Below are positions 37,037 through 45,623 of a DNA stretch of 63,362 nt, piece after piece (the stretch's first letter is position 1; the number at the start of each line of letters is the position of its first letter). Both the position numbers and the translations under genes were made by a program. The notes beneath the pieces are model-generated. The model saw nothing but the letters and a program-made list of their open reading frames with translations, did not search any database and was not told the origin of the DNA. The DNA comes from a virus (lineage: Duplodnaviria; Caudoviricetes): positions 1 to 63,362 of the IMG/VR virus record IMGVR_UViG_3300025030_000103. One strand, written 5' to 3'.

Positions 37037-38632
37037 TTAAACTATTCTGAATTTTACAGTTTTTCTATCTGCTCTATCTTCTATCTTCAATTCCTCATAT
37101 TCATCTTCTATTGTAAAGGGCTTGGCAGTTTTCTCTCTACCAGCACCTTGATATGAGAACGTTCTATTCCCGAGGTCAAACATATCTATGCAGTTCGCAA
37201 GACAGTCCATGACGTCTTTGAACTTTGATCGCGGAAAGCTCAGGAGCTGCGTCTCCAAAGTCCCATGCACATGAACATCTTCATTATGATAAACAGCTCC
37301 CATTCGATAGAATGGACTGAGGGCTGCGATCCTAAGATCCTTATCCTTCGTAGCTTTCAATTCATGTATATCGTAGAACTTCGGCCTAAGTGCTGCGGCC
37401 TGCTGCATCGGATAGGTTATGAAGTTATTTAAGCCAGTCACCTCAATGGCAATGGTATGAGTTCCTAACCGATCAGCCATATTAAAGGCTTCTTCGAAAA
37501 TCATATCAGGTGTGAGACGGGCATTGAGAGCGTCTCGAACCAAGATTCTATTGTTTGCAGAATCGAAGCCGATACCAAGAATAGCCGTAAAAGCACTTGT
37601 TGTATTCGCAGTCTTTGCTGGATCAACTATAACAACATTCTCGATATTCGTGAGCATTATCTTGTCTCTCTGCTCACTGTAATACCGAAACATACTTTTC
37701 TGAAAGGCTGAGGCTCCCTTCGCTATAACTATATTCCGCCACTCCCGGTAGAAGACATCTAAAAGACCTCTCTTCTCATACATAGCGGCTTTGAATTTCA
37801 GCTCATCATCGGTAAGATACTCCGGCCAGACACTCCTAAACTCATCATCACAAGCCTCAAGGCGGAGAGTTTTAAAAGTCTCTCTCTGCTTCATCATCTG
37901 CAGAGTGCCGTTAATCTCGGCTTCCTCTTCATCCTTATCGGACTCGTCAATGAGATTGGCCAGTAAGCTATCTTCGTGGAGAACAGTACCAATTAGAACA
38001 ACTCGCGTCTTCCCTGTCGAAGCTTGATCTCGAGCACCAAGCAAGTCTGCAAAGAACCACTCTTTCAGCTTCGCCCTAGACATTTCATTCATTACATCTT
38101 CTGCATCTTCAAGATCATCTACGAGAAAGATAGAAGGTCTATGCTTCCCCCACTTCAGACCCCTGACCTGGCTTCCAGCACCTTTAGCTTGAATAAAACA
38201 AAAAGCTCCCTTATCATCAGAAAGTTCTATCTCCCCTTTCTCTTCGGCCCATTTAACCCCTTTTAGATCGCCAAAAAGTTCTTTTATGATAGAATTCTCT
38301 TGAAGCTCCTTCGCAAGAGTTTTAACCTTCGCTGCAGCTTCGCTGGCTGTTGAAGATATATAGACTATATAAGGTGCAAGCCGGAACAAAGCTAACCGGC
38401 CGATAAAACCCAGACCAATAGTAGTAGTCTTTCCAAAGCCCCTCGGAGCTGCAATGGCAACCAGCTTAAAAGCATCATCATCTATGATCTCAAAAATCTG
38501 ATTATGCACTGTACAGAATGGTCTTGTAAAATGATCTTCAAAGAGCGTCACAGCTGTAAGGGCCGTTGAATCTAGGCAAGGCAGAATAAGATCATCAATC
38601 TCTTCTTGGCTTAAAAGAAGTGGCATACGCAT
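37037..38632 (-). CDS. terL: Terminase large subunit
   Basis: APRGFGKTT Walker A, LVDDLED Walker B, IGTVLHED, nuclease VDPA and DVMD. Confidence 0.93.
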   Translation of the reverse strand: MRMPLLLSQEEIDDLILPCLDSTALTAVTLFEDHFTRPFCTVHNQIFEIIDDDAFKLVAIAAPRGFGKTTTIGLGFIGRLALFRLAPYIVYISSTASEAAAKVKTLAKELQENSIIKELFGDLKGVKWAEEKGEIELSDDKGAFCFIQAKGAGSQVRGLKWGKHRPSIFLVDDLEDAEDVMNEMSRAKLKEWFFADLLGARDQASTGKTRVVLIGTVLHEDSLLANLIDESDKDEEEAEINGTLQMMKQRETFKTLRLEACDDEFRSVWPEYLTDDELKFKAAMYEKRGLLDVFYREWRNIVIAKGASAFQKSMFRYYSEQRDKIMLTNIENVVIVDPAKTANTTSAFTAILGIGFDSANNRILVRDALNARLTPDMIFEEAFNMADRLGTHTIAIEVTGLNNFITYPMQQAAALRPKFYDIHELKATKDKDLRIAALSPFYRMGAVYHNEDVHVHGTLETQLLSFPRSKFKDVMDCLANCIDMFDLGNRTFSYQGAGREKTAKPFTIEDEYEELKIEDRADRKTVKFRIV

Positions 38633-38770
38633 AGCCCTTGTGTTGGTTGTTTTATCTAAGGCAAAAGCGACCCCTTCGGGATCGCCGATAAGTTTCCATT
38701 CAAATTTTGAATTTAAAGTTATTCAAAGCGCGCCCTTTGAACAACCGCCTGGCCCCTACGGCGCCGGCCT

Positions 38771-39241
38771 CTAGTTAACCTGCAAAACCCTCTGTTGATT
38801 TTGCAACAAAGCTGCCCTCTTCGCTTTCAGGGCTTCGATCCTTTCACTATTTAGGTGAACCTCAACAGTTGTCTGCTCTATCTTCTTGACAGGAACATAA
38901 CCATCTCTATCAAGAAAATCCTTAGCTGTGGCAAGCTGGACCTTCTCATCTCCGCTCTTCAGAAGGCTTCTAAGAACTCCAACAGCCTCGATAGCTCCAG
39001 CATTAATCTCCTTGCGAATATCGGTTATCCCTATCTCTGTTCTAGCTCTGAGAGAATCTAAATACTTTATGAACGCGGGCGAAGTTGTAATGATCGAAAG
39101 CCAGCTGGGACTCACATTAATTGCTTTACAGATATCAACTTGCCTTTCCCCAAGCAGCAACCTCCGGGCAATCTCTTTATGATGCTCCCATAGGTTTGTA
39201 AGATTCACATGCTTATGTTTCCCTCTAGGTATTCTGGCCAT
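38771..39241 (-). CDS. terS: Terminase small subunit (HTH)
   Basis: N-terminal HTH; ATAKDFLDRDGY; upstream of terL. Confidence 0.75.
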   Translation of the reverse strand: MARIPRGKHKHVNLTNLWEHHKEIARRLLLGERQVDICKAINVSPSWLSIITTSPAFIKYLDSLRARTEIGITDIRKEINAGAIEAVGVLRSLLKSGDEKVQLATAKDFLDRDGYVPVKKIEQTTVEVHLNSERIEALKAKRAALLQNQQRVLQVN

Positions 39242-39275
39242 GGCTAAGGGCCTCCTTGTATGTTGTATAGTTGTA

Positions 39276-39515
39276 TCAATCCTTCAATCTCATGGAATCA
39301 AACAGATCCATCTTAAGCATCTCAATCATGCCCATTGTACTCACTTTATCAATCCCTTCAGTACATTGGAAATACCAATAGCCTTCGGCGTCTTGTGCAA
39401 CTATGATTGCTTTACAAAAGTTCATATCCGCTGCATCTACCAGAAGCCTCTCAACTGAAGTAGCCGTCCTCTCTTCTTTTCTAACCTTAGACAGGGAAAG
39501 AATTTTAGCTGCCAT
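39276..39515 (-). CDS. Hypothetical protein
   Basis: AAGGA RBS; first late gene. Confidence 0.7.
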   Translation of the reverse strand: MAAKILSLSKVRKEERTATSVERLLVDAADMNFCKAIIVAQDAEGYWYFQCTEGIDKVSTMGMIEMLKMDLFDSMRLKD

Positions 39516-40134
39516 TGTATTAGTTCCTTTGAAAGAAAAGATCCGCTGCGCTTGCAGTTGTAACTAGAAAGCCAGAGCAGCTCTCTATTTAAGGTCATTG
39601 TATCATATAGGCCTTTCAAAAACAAGGGTTATTTTAGAAGCAATTTTGATCATTTACACCTAGCATATAGAGAAAAATCTTAGCAAAAACTTGGTAAGTT
39701 TCAATTCGAAATTCGAATATAAACTGAGGCCGTCGAGTGATCTACAAAGAGCAAAATTGCGCTTTATACTGAAATTGGTGCGAGTTTTATCGAAGAGGGT
39801 CCCCGCGCGCGTAGGTGGCCAAAAACCCCCGTCTGGCACCCCCCTTTCGAATGTTGGCGCTTTTTGCATCTTGGCACGTGGGCTGCAATGTGTTGGCTGT
39901 CAACAACGGGACGTGTTACCGTCACATGGGACCATGCCATGCCGTTCCGAGCCATCGACCATCGAGACAATCCATGAACGTGGAGAAAGCCGGACCACAT
40001 TGTGCCAAGCGGGGCGATTGTATACGCCGTAACGAGCAAAGCACAGCGAACGGATGGGCACCGAACACACATGGACACATAGCGAATCAGGTGCGTTATG
40101 TTATATCGCCCGGCATATCAAAGGGGGTTATGAC

Positions 40135-40392
40135 ATGGCACAAAGAAAGTTTGACCATTTCACCGTAGATTTGCCGGTATTACAAGGCGATATGGTGCGG
40201 CGCATAGCGCATAAGAATAGAGAAACATTGACAGATGTTATATCGCGATTGATATACAGAGGTATGCAAGAAGAGGGTATGGTTATGTGCCCGAGATGTG
40301 ATACGGTATGCTTTCAGGAAGACTTGCATACAGATGGGAAGGAATGCATCTATTGCAATCCTCGGCCAGAAGCTGTCGGAGTATCAGAATAG
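40135..40392 (+). CDS. Ribbon-helix-helix + C4 zinc-ribbon regulator
   Basis: HFTVDLP strand then two helices (…TLTDVISRLIYRGM); CPRC...CIYC; GGGGG RBS. Confidence 0.65.
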   Translation: MAQRKFDHFTVDLPVLQGDMVRRIAHKNRETLTDVISRLIYRGMQEEGMVMCPRCDTVCFQEDLHTDGKECIYCNPRPEAVGVSE

Positions 40393-40507
40393 TAAAACAC
40401 AATAGCTGTGCGGTATAACATAGCGCATCCGATTCCTAGAGAACTCCAAAGTTATGCTCTTGATCTTAGGCTGGATTCTCTCTGGGTAAAACCCAAAGGA
40501 GATTATC

Positions 40508-40942
40508 ATGGCCAACGAGATCGAGAACAAGAGAACTATTACCATCCCCAACGAAGAGAAGCTTGTCTTCTCTTACCGGGCGGACAAAGACGTTGCGAAA
40601 GACGGAGCGAAAGAGGTTACTGTCTTGGTGGACCTCTCTAAGTTGACTGACAGCGATATCTTGGAGTGGGCCTTCTCTTCGATGGTTGTCTCCTATCAGG
40701 GGAAGCTTCGGAGCAAGAACCCTCCCAAGGCTGAAGAGGACGGGTCTTATAGGTGGTCTGTACCGAGTAGGGGGTCTAGAACAGTGGCGGACCCAGCGAA
40801 GATAGCCGAAGCAGCTAACAAGCTGGTTGACAAGATGGGCGAAGAGCAGAAGAAGGAGCTTCTGTATCACACCTTGGTATCCATGGGCAAGAGTGCGGCA
40901 GAGGCAACTGCGATATCTGGCTTTACCCCTGCCAAGAAGTAA
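40508..40942 (+). CDS. Early hypothetical protein; probable paralog of 4040..4477
   Basis: AAGGAG RBS; enclosed by 28-bp inverted repeats. Confidence 0.8.
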   Translation: MANEIENKRTITIPNEEKLVFSYRADKDVAKDGAKEVTVLVDLSKLTDSDILEWAFSSMVVSYQGKLRSKNPPKAEEDGSYRWSVPSRGSRTVADPAKIAEAANKLVDKMGEEQKKELLYHTLVSMGKSAAEATAISGFTPAKK

Positions 40943-41012
40943 ACATCAACCTCAACCTACAACAATGAATCCAGTCTAGGCTCAAGGGCATAACGATAAG
41001 GAGGCATATCTT

Positions 41013-41285
41013 ATGAGACACGTTATACTAACTTGCAAGAATCACCCTGAGCTTAGGTGGTCAACTAAAGAATGTGCTGTCAACTCAGATGGCACCTACA
41101 ACGGAAGTCGGAATATCTTCTTTGGCGGCGTACCCTCGGGAGAGGGAATGTACAGCGATATGAGTGGCCTTCACTGTACCCAGACTCAGCTAGTTGATGG
41201 CCATCTCCAGATTATTAAAGAATGTGACTGCCCCTCTTCTTGCTTAACTTTCGCGCCGGAAGATGCTTTAGTGAAACGAGACTAA
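41013..41285 (+). CDS. Early Cys/His-containing hypothetical protein
   Basis: AAGGAGG RBS; CKNH...ECDC. Confidence 0.75.
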   Translation: MRHVILTCKNHPELRWSTKECAVNSDGTYNGSRNIFFGGVPSGEGMYSDMSGLHCTQTQLVDGHLQIIKECDCPSSCLTFAPEDALVKRD

Positions 41286-41709
41286 CCTAACAGATATGCC
41301 CTTGGATTCAATAGCATAGCTTTGGAGTTTTAAAGCAGTTTCGATTCGAAAATCGAATTGAATCTATTTTCTCTAAAAGGAGGTGATTGTTATCATGCTT
41401 AGTCCCATTGAACTGCAGGACATTCAAGGCTATCTGGATGGCTACTTGAATGGGCGGCCATTAGTTGGCTTCGACCGAATGAGAGTGTATGAGCTAATTC
41501 AAGCTGTGCTGGACGAACTTGAGATGGAGGAGCGATGCAAGAGCACAGACTAGTATATGTCTACAGTCGCATAAACGGGAGGGTGAAGACAAGAGCTACG
41601 CTTATTGCAACTAATATGGGCCTGGGATCTCTTACGCTGGCCTCTCTAGGTAAAGAGCCTTTGAAAGTTCCAAAAGCCTAAACATCTTTCAATAAATCGA
41701 ACACAAACT

Positions 41710-41761
41710 AGGGACGGGTTTGTTAGTGTTGTATCGCTAACAAACTTGTCCTTTTTTTTTT
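41710..41761 (+). terminator. Rho-independent terminator
   Basis: agggacgggtttgttag...ctaacaaacttgtcc followed by a long T tract. Confidence 0.88.
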
Positions 41762-41856
41762 GTTTTAATCTTCGAAGCACCTATTGCAAGGCAACCAACT
41801 ATCGAAGCACATATCGCAGATCAATGATCAAACACATTAACCGATCCACATATAAC

Positions 41857-42174
41857 ATGTAGCCTGTAGCTTGTAGCTTTTCCTTCATGCCATTTTCTCC
41901 CCAAATTCGAGAAACATAGAAAGTTTAGTGTCATCTCGATACAGATTATCGCTCTTAATCTATCTCTTCGCTATAGATGATTGTCTATATCCATCTATAC
42001 CCCGTTTTCTTATATATATGATTATTTATATATTTTTTTTTTAATATATAAGGCAATATTGATCACTCTAGTTACAGAGCCTCTCAAGATGTTTTTCTCT
42101 AAGATGTGTGTAAAATGTTCTCGAATTTGAAGGGAAATGGTGTTGGATAAAAAGCTACAGGCTACAAGCTACAT
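41857..42174. other. Putative replication origin: ~60-bp inverted arms around an AT-rich core
   Basis: Arms at 41857-41917 and 42115-42174, each with three TGTAGCY heptamers; nearly pure A/T at 42010-42051; non-coding. Confidence 0.6.
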
Positions 42175-42761
42175 TTCTGTTAACGACCATTAATTGATCA
42201 AATACACAGTGCCGGCCTCCCTAAGTTGTTTGGCCTTATCACCTTTATGGGACACACCAAGTAGATATAACAACCCCGGAGACGTCAGTCGACTAAAGTA
42301 GACAAACCCGACTGATGTTTTGCAAAGGCCCGGAGGTGAAGCCGACTAAGGTTAGAGCAACCTCACCAATATCTTGAACACTTTCCACACTGATACGTAA
42401 CACGCCATATAACTACTATAGAAACGCCCGGAGTCCCGCAGGGCGACCAGAGTTGTAAGCCCCTCAACATCTTGTATAATTACAAATAGATTGAATTCAA
42501 ATTTCGAAGAGAAAGATTGTCCGGCGTTCTTATCTTATGCAAAGCAACCAGTGAGCGCCGCAGGCCGAACTGTGCAGGCTCTCCCTTAGTAAGTTAAAGA
42601 AACAGCACGAACATAACGGTACGAAGAAAAGAGTTCCGGCTCTTGTAACTTAACCAATGCACATAAGTTTATATTCGAAATTCAAATTGAAACTGATGGA
42701 TTTGCTATAAGTTAAGCAACATTGCAGATGTAAGAAAAACCAACAAGTTGTGTAAAGAATA

Positions 42762-42790
42762 TTGACAACTAGAGATTATTATGTTATGGT
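42762..42790 (+). promoter_or_regulatory. Sigma70-type promoter
   Basis: TTGACA-17 bp-TATGGT with an extended TG. Confidence 0.7.
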
Positions 42791-42808
42791 ACAGGTTGCT
42801 TTTAGATT

Positions 42809-43036
42809 ATGGGACATAGACCTTCTATGGTGTTGAAATTGCAAGCTGTGATGCAGCAATATGGAGTTCTTATGAAGAGCAAAGAACAGAAGTACGAAGA
42901 AGCTGTTGTTAGAAACCTCAAGACTTTTGGAATAAAATCTAAACACAAGTACATGACCCTGACGCAGATGAAACACTGCGTTGGAATCCGGCAGAGCGAT
43001 ACCCGCTTTGATCATCTTTGGAGTGGCAACATTTAG
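42809..43036 (+). CDS. Small basic hypothetical protein
   Basis: Directly downstream of the promoter; stop codon lies in a palindrome copy. Confidence 0.5.
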   Translation: MGHRPSMVLKLQAVMQQYGVLMKSKEQKYEEAVVRNLKTFGIKSKHKYMTLTQMKHCVGIRQSDTRFDHLWSGNI

Positions 43037-43183
43037 TTTCAATTCAAATTTTGAATAGAATCTCTGCTCACACAACGCACTTTGATAGGAAACAAAACAG
43101 ATAGACTCATCCCGAGTAGGAGATTGAACATCTCCATCTAGTTCAGCTTCTTTTACAATAAAACAAAGGGAGGGTTTAAAAAG

Positions 43184-43510
43184 ATGAAGAATCCACAGAA
43201 TCTTAGAGAGCCGGCAAAGTATATTGAGGCGATGCAAGATACTATAGAAGCCTACAAAAGAGTATTAAAAAGGGGAAGTGGTTTCAAAGGCTCGGACTGT
43301 TCTTTGTGCCATCAAGCTCAGCAGAGACCGCAGAGACCTCCTGAAGATTCCTTTAGAGGACCTTGCCCGACCTGTCCTTGGCTTGTCATAGCTGGAACAT
43401 GTTGCACTGAGGCATCTATTCAGTATTACATGGCAAAAGATCCTGCTATCATCAAAAGAAGAATAAGACAACTCAGGAACTGGATCAAAATCTATCAGAA
43501 GCATCTTTAA
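43184..43510 (+). CDS. Cys-rich hypothetical protein
   Basis: CSLC...CPTCPW...CC; GGGAGG RBS. Confidence 0.7.
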   Translation: MKNPQNLREPAKYIEAMQDTIEAYKRVLKRGSGFKGSDCSLCHQAQQRPQRPPEDSFRGPCPTCPWLVIAGTCCTEASIQYYMAKDPAIIKRRIRQLRNWIKIYQKHL

Positions 43511-43541
43511 TCTATTTTATTATATAAAGGAGGGAATAAAA

Positions 43542-44015
43542 ATGACTCTCGATGAGCAACTCAAGAAGCTTCTCACAGAGCGCCCAGATTTAATGGCAAA
43601 GCTTCTCTCTAAACAACCCGGAGGGGTCTCCCCGACTTCTGTTGGAAATCCTACCAACTTAACAAGCACAAAGAGTAAAGAGCCTAAGAAGTATAAAGCG
43701 CCTTATGCAGATTACCGGCTTTCTATCTTTACGGGTTGCATAACTTGTCTTACAATAACCGAGACGGGTTTCTTCATGTCTTGGGATGCTGAGAAGAACT
43801 GTTTCCGGCCTAGAAATCTTGGAGGCTCTCTCTCAGCGAAAGCCTTTATCGAGACGAAGAAGCAAACATCAGTTTCGATAACCTGCAACTGCTGCATTTC
43901 AACCCTAAGCAAGCAGACACCCGTTGAGCTAACGCAATTGATTTTAAAGTTGCAAAATCCCATCGAGATGGAGAAGAGAGAATCTTTTTTAAAACAACAA
44001 CTAAGGGAGGCTTAG
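43542..44015 (+). CDS. Hypothetical protein with two CxxC motifs
   Basis: AGGAGG RBS; CITC...CNCC. Confidence 0.7.
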   Translation: MTLDEQLKKLLTERPDLMAKLLSKQPGGVSPTSVGNPTNLTSTKSKEPKKYKAPYADYRLSIFTGCITCLTITETGFFMSWDAEKNCFRPRNLGGSLSAKAFIETKKQTSVSITCNCCISTLSKQTPVELTQLILKLQNPIEMEKRESFLKQQLREA

Positions 44016-44225
44016 ATGCAAGTTACAAAAACAAGCATCTTCACAGGCATTACAAGAACTCTAGAGATAGACATAACTGAAGAGCAACTCTCTGAGATTG
44101 AGAGCAAAACCGGAAGGCTTATCCAACACATAGTGCCACATCTGACGCCAGATGAGAGGGAATTCCTCTTGACCGGCTGCGCCGCAGATGAGTGGAATGA
44201 GCTATTTAAAGAAGAGGAGGACTAA
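44016..44225 (+). CDS. Small hypothetical phage protein
   Basis: IQHIVPHLTPDEREFLLTG motif; RBS present. Confidence 0.75.
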   Translation: MQVTKTSIFTGITRTLEIDITEEQLSEIESKTGRLIQHIVPHLTPDEREFLLTGCAADEWNELFKEEED

Positions 44226-44228
44226 AAG

Positions 44229-44507
44229 ATGAACATCATAGATGCCGTGAAAGAACTCATAGAGAATCCTAACGCAGTCGCTATTGTTTTCTCTGGAAGG
44301 GGAAGCACCTATAGAGAAGTTAGATATGTTGATAAAAGATTAGTATATCCGTCCGGCTCTGTTCTGATGGCTGATAGCCCTTCTTTCATTCTCAGACAAG
44401 ATTTTACGATTCGATACAAGTATAAAGAAAGAGAACTCACTACAAAAGAAATCAAAGAGAGAGTCGCTAGCCTCCTTGATGAACTGGAAAGGAGATCATC
44501 TAAATGA
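44229..44507 (+). CDS. Hypothetical protein
   Basis: GGAGG RBS. Confidence 0.7.
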   Translation: MNIIDAVKELIENPNAVAIVFSGRGSTYREVRYVDKRLVYPSGSVLMADSPSFILRQDFTIRYKYKERELTTKEIKERVASLLDELERRSSK

Positions 44508-44652
44508 CCCACAGAAATTATAAACCCACGAAGCAAGATTACATTCTCGCAATTATCTTGAGCCTGCTCTTAACAGCTGGAGTTTCTTTCGTAGATTGGC
44601 TTTGTAAATAACTTTGCATTCAAAATTTGAATATAAACTAATGGAGGCTTAT

Positions 44653-45222
44653 ATGAGTATAGATTGGTGTTGGTGCTATGAGAACCCAAAAGAAGCTGCA
44701 AGTGAGATAAATCGCCTCACCGCCCTCTGCGAGGAGCAGGAGGCCGACCTGGAACATGAGCGCCTGAGATTGGCGGCTTGCGGTGTCGCCGCTCTTTGCA
44801 ACACGGAGCAGTCTATTGCGGAGCAGGGGATAACCGCAGACAACCCATACTACAGCGCCAGCTATCGGGACATCTGCGATGCCGTCAAGCGTGAAATGGA
44901 TATGAAATCCGCCCTCTCCCAAGCAAGAGAGGAGAGTGTGAAGCTGCAGATCCTCTTGGATGGCTACAAAATGGGCTACAAAGACCGAGCGGGAGCGGCT
45001 GAGGATTTTGCTGCACGTGCCTACCGGACAGAGGACGCTTACCAAGAAGCCATTGCCCGCGCCGAAGCCGCCGAGCAGCGCGAAAAGGGGCTGAGGGAGG
45101 CGTTTGCGCTGTACGGCTGGCATTCTTCTGGTTGTGCTTGCAACATGGGCGAAGGACTAGGTAAAAAATGCTCTTGTGGTTTTGAAGCCGCCCTCGCTGC
45201 GGCATCGGAGGAATCACAATGA
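44653..45222 (+). CDS. Ead/Ea22-like coiled-coil accessory protein
   Basis: GGAGG RBS after a palindrome copy; RLAACGVAA; GC-richer after ~44710. Confidence 0.7.
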   Translation: MSIDWCWCYENPKEAASEINRLTALCEEQEADLEHERLRLAACGVAALCNTEQSIAEQGITADNPYYSASYRDICDAVKREMDMKSALSQAREESVKLQILLDGYKMGYKDRAGAAEDFAARAYRTEDAYQEAIARAEAAEQREKGLREAFALYGWHSSGCACNMGEGLGKKCSCGFEAALAAASEESQ

Positions 45223-45419
45223 AACTATCAACTAGTGATTTGATACTTATCCACAATCTGCTCCGTGCGGATGCGAAGTTTCATGACGGCTTTATGCCTC
45301 AAATTGCAGCAGATCGTAGATCGTTGGCTGAAAGGCTCAAAGCCGAGGTAGAAGCCAGAGACAACGCCATGCTTAAAACTGCGGCATCGGAGGTAGGGGA
45401 AGATGTGGAAATGCCATAA
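45219..45419 (+). CDS. Small hypothetical protein
   Basis: ATGA coupling. Confidence 0.65.
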   Translation: MKLSTSDLILIHNLLRADAKFHDGFMPQIAADRRSLAERLKAEVEARDNAMLKTAASEVGEDVEMP

Positions 45420-45621
45420 ATGTAATAACGAGTTTGAGCGTCTTAAAATCGCTTGGGGTACCAGTGGGGGTATGAAGGTAGATGTACTTGATTACTTTTG
45501 CCCTCATTGCGGGAATACTGACTACAGAGAAGAACCTCAGATTACTTTCCTCGGTACCAAGGAAGACCGTGAAATGTACTGGAATGCCGCCCTCGCGGCA
45601 GAGACGAAAGGGGAGGAGTAG
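45403..45621 (+). CDS. Small zinc-ribbon protein
   Basis: CHKC...CPHCG. Confidence 0.65.
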   Translation: MWKCHKCNNEFERLKIAWGTSGGMKVDVLDYFCPHCGNTDYREEPQITFLGTKEDREMYWNAALAAETKGEE

Positions 45622-45623
45622 AG

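Larger units (their letters stand above)
1232..44639. repeat. Dispersed 29-bp imperfect palindrome family, at least 23 copies
   Basis: Consensus AGWTT-NN-ATTCRAA-W-TTYGAAT-NN-AAWCT. Starts: 1232, 3690, 5503, 8194, 9433, 11127, 15981, 20316, 21282, 24823, 26601, 29665, 31795, 34216, 36320, 37015, 38691, 39697, 41337, 42488, 42666, 43035, 44611. Confidence 0.95.

Noticed and set aside
41681-41709. Additional palindrome-like half sites (also near 8795, 15125 and 27461)
   Set aside because: Only one half matches or the spacing is off, so they were not counted among the 23.
1232-44639. 29-bp repeats plus the Cas4-like gene read as a CRISPR system
   Set aside because: Copies are hundreds to thousands of bp apart, degenerate and partly inside genes. 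There are no spacer-sized intervals and no cas1/cas2. Solo Cas4-like nucleases are common in phage recombination modules.
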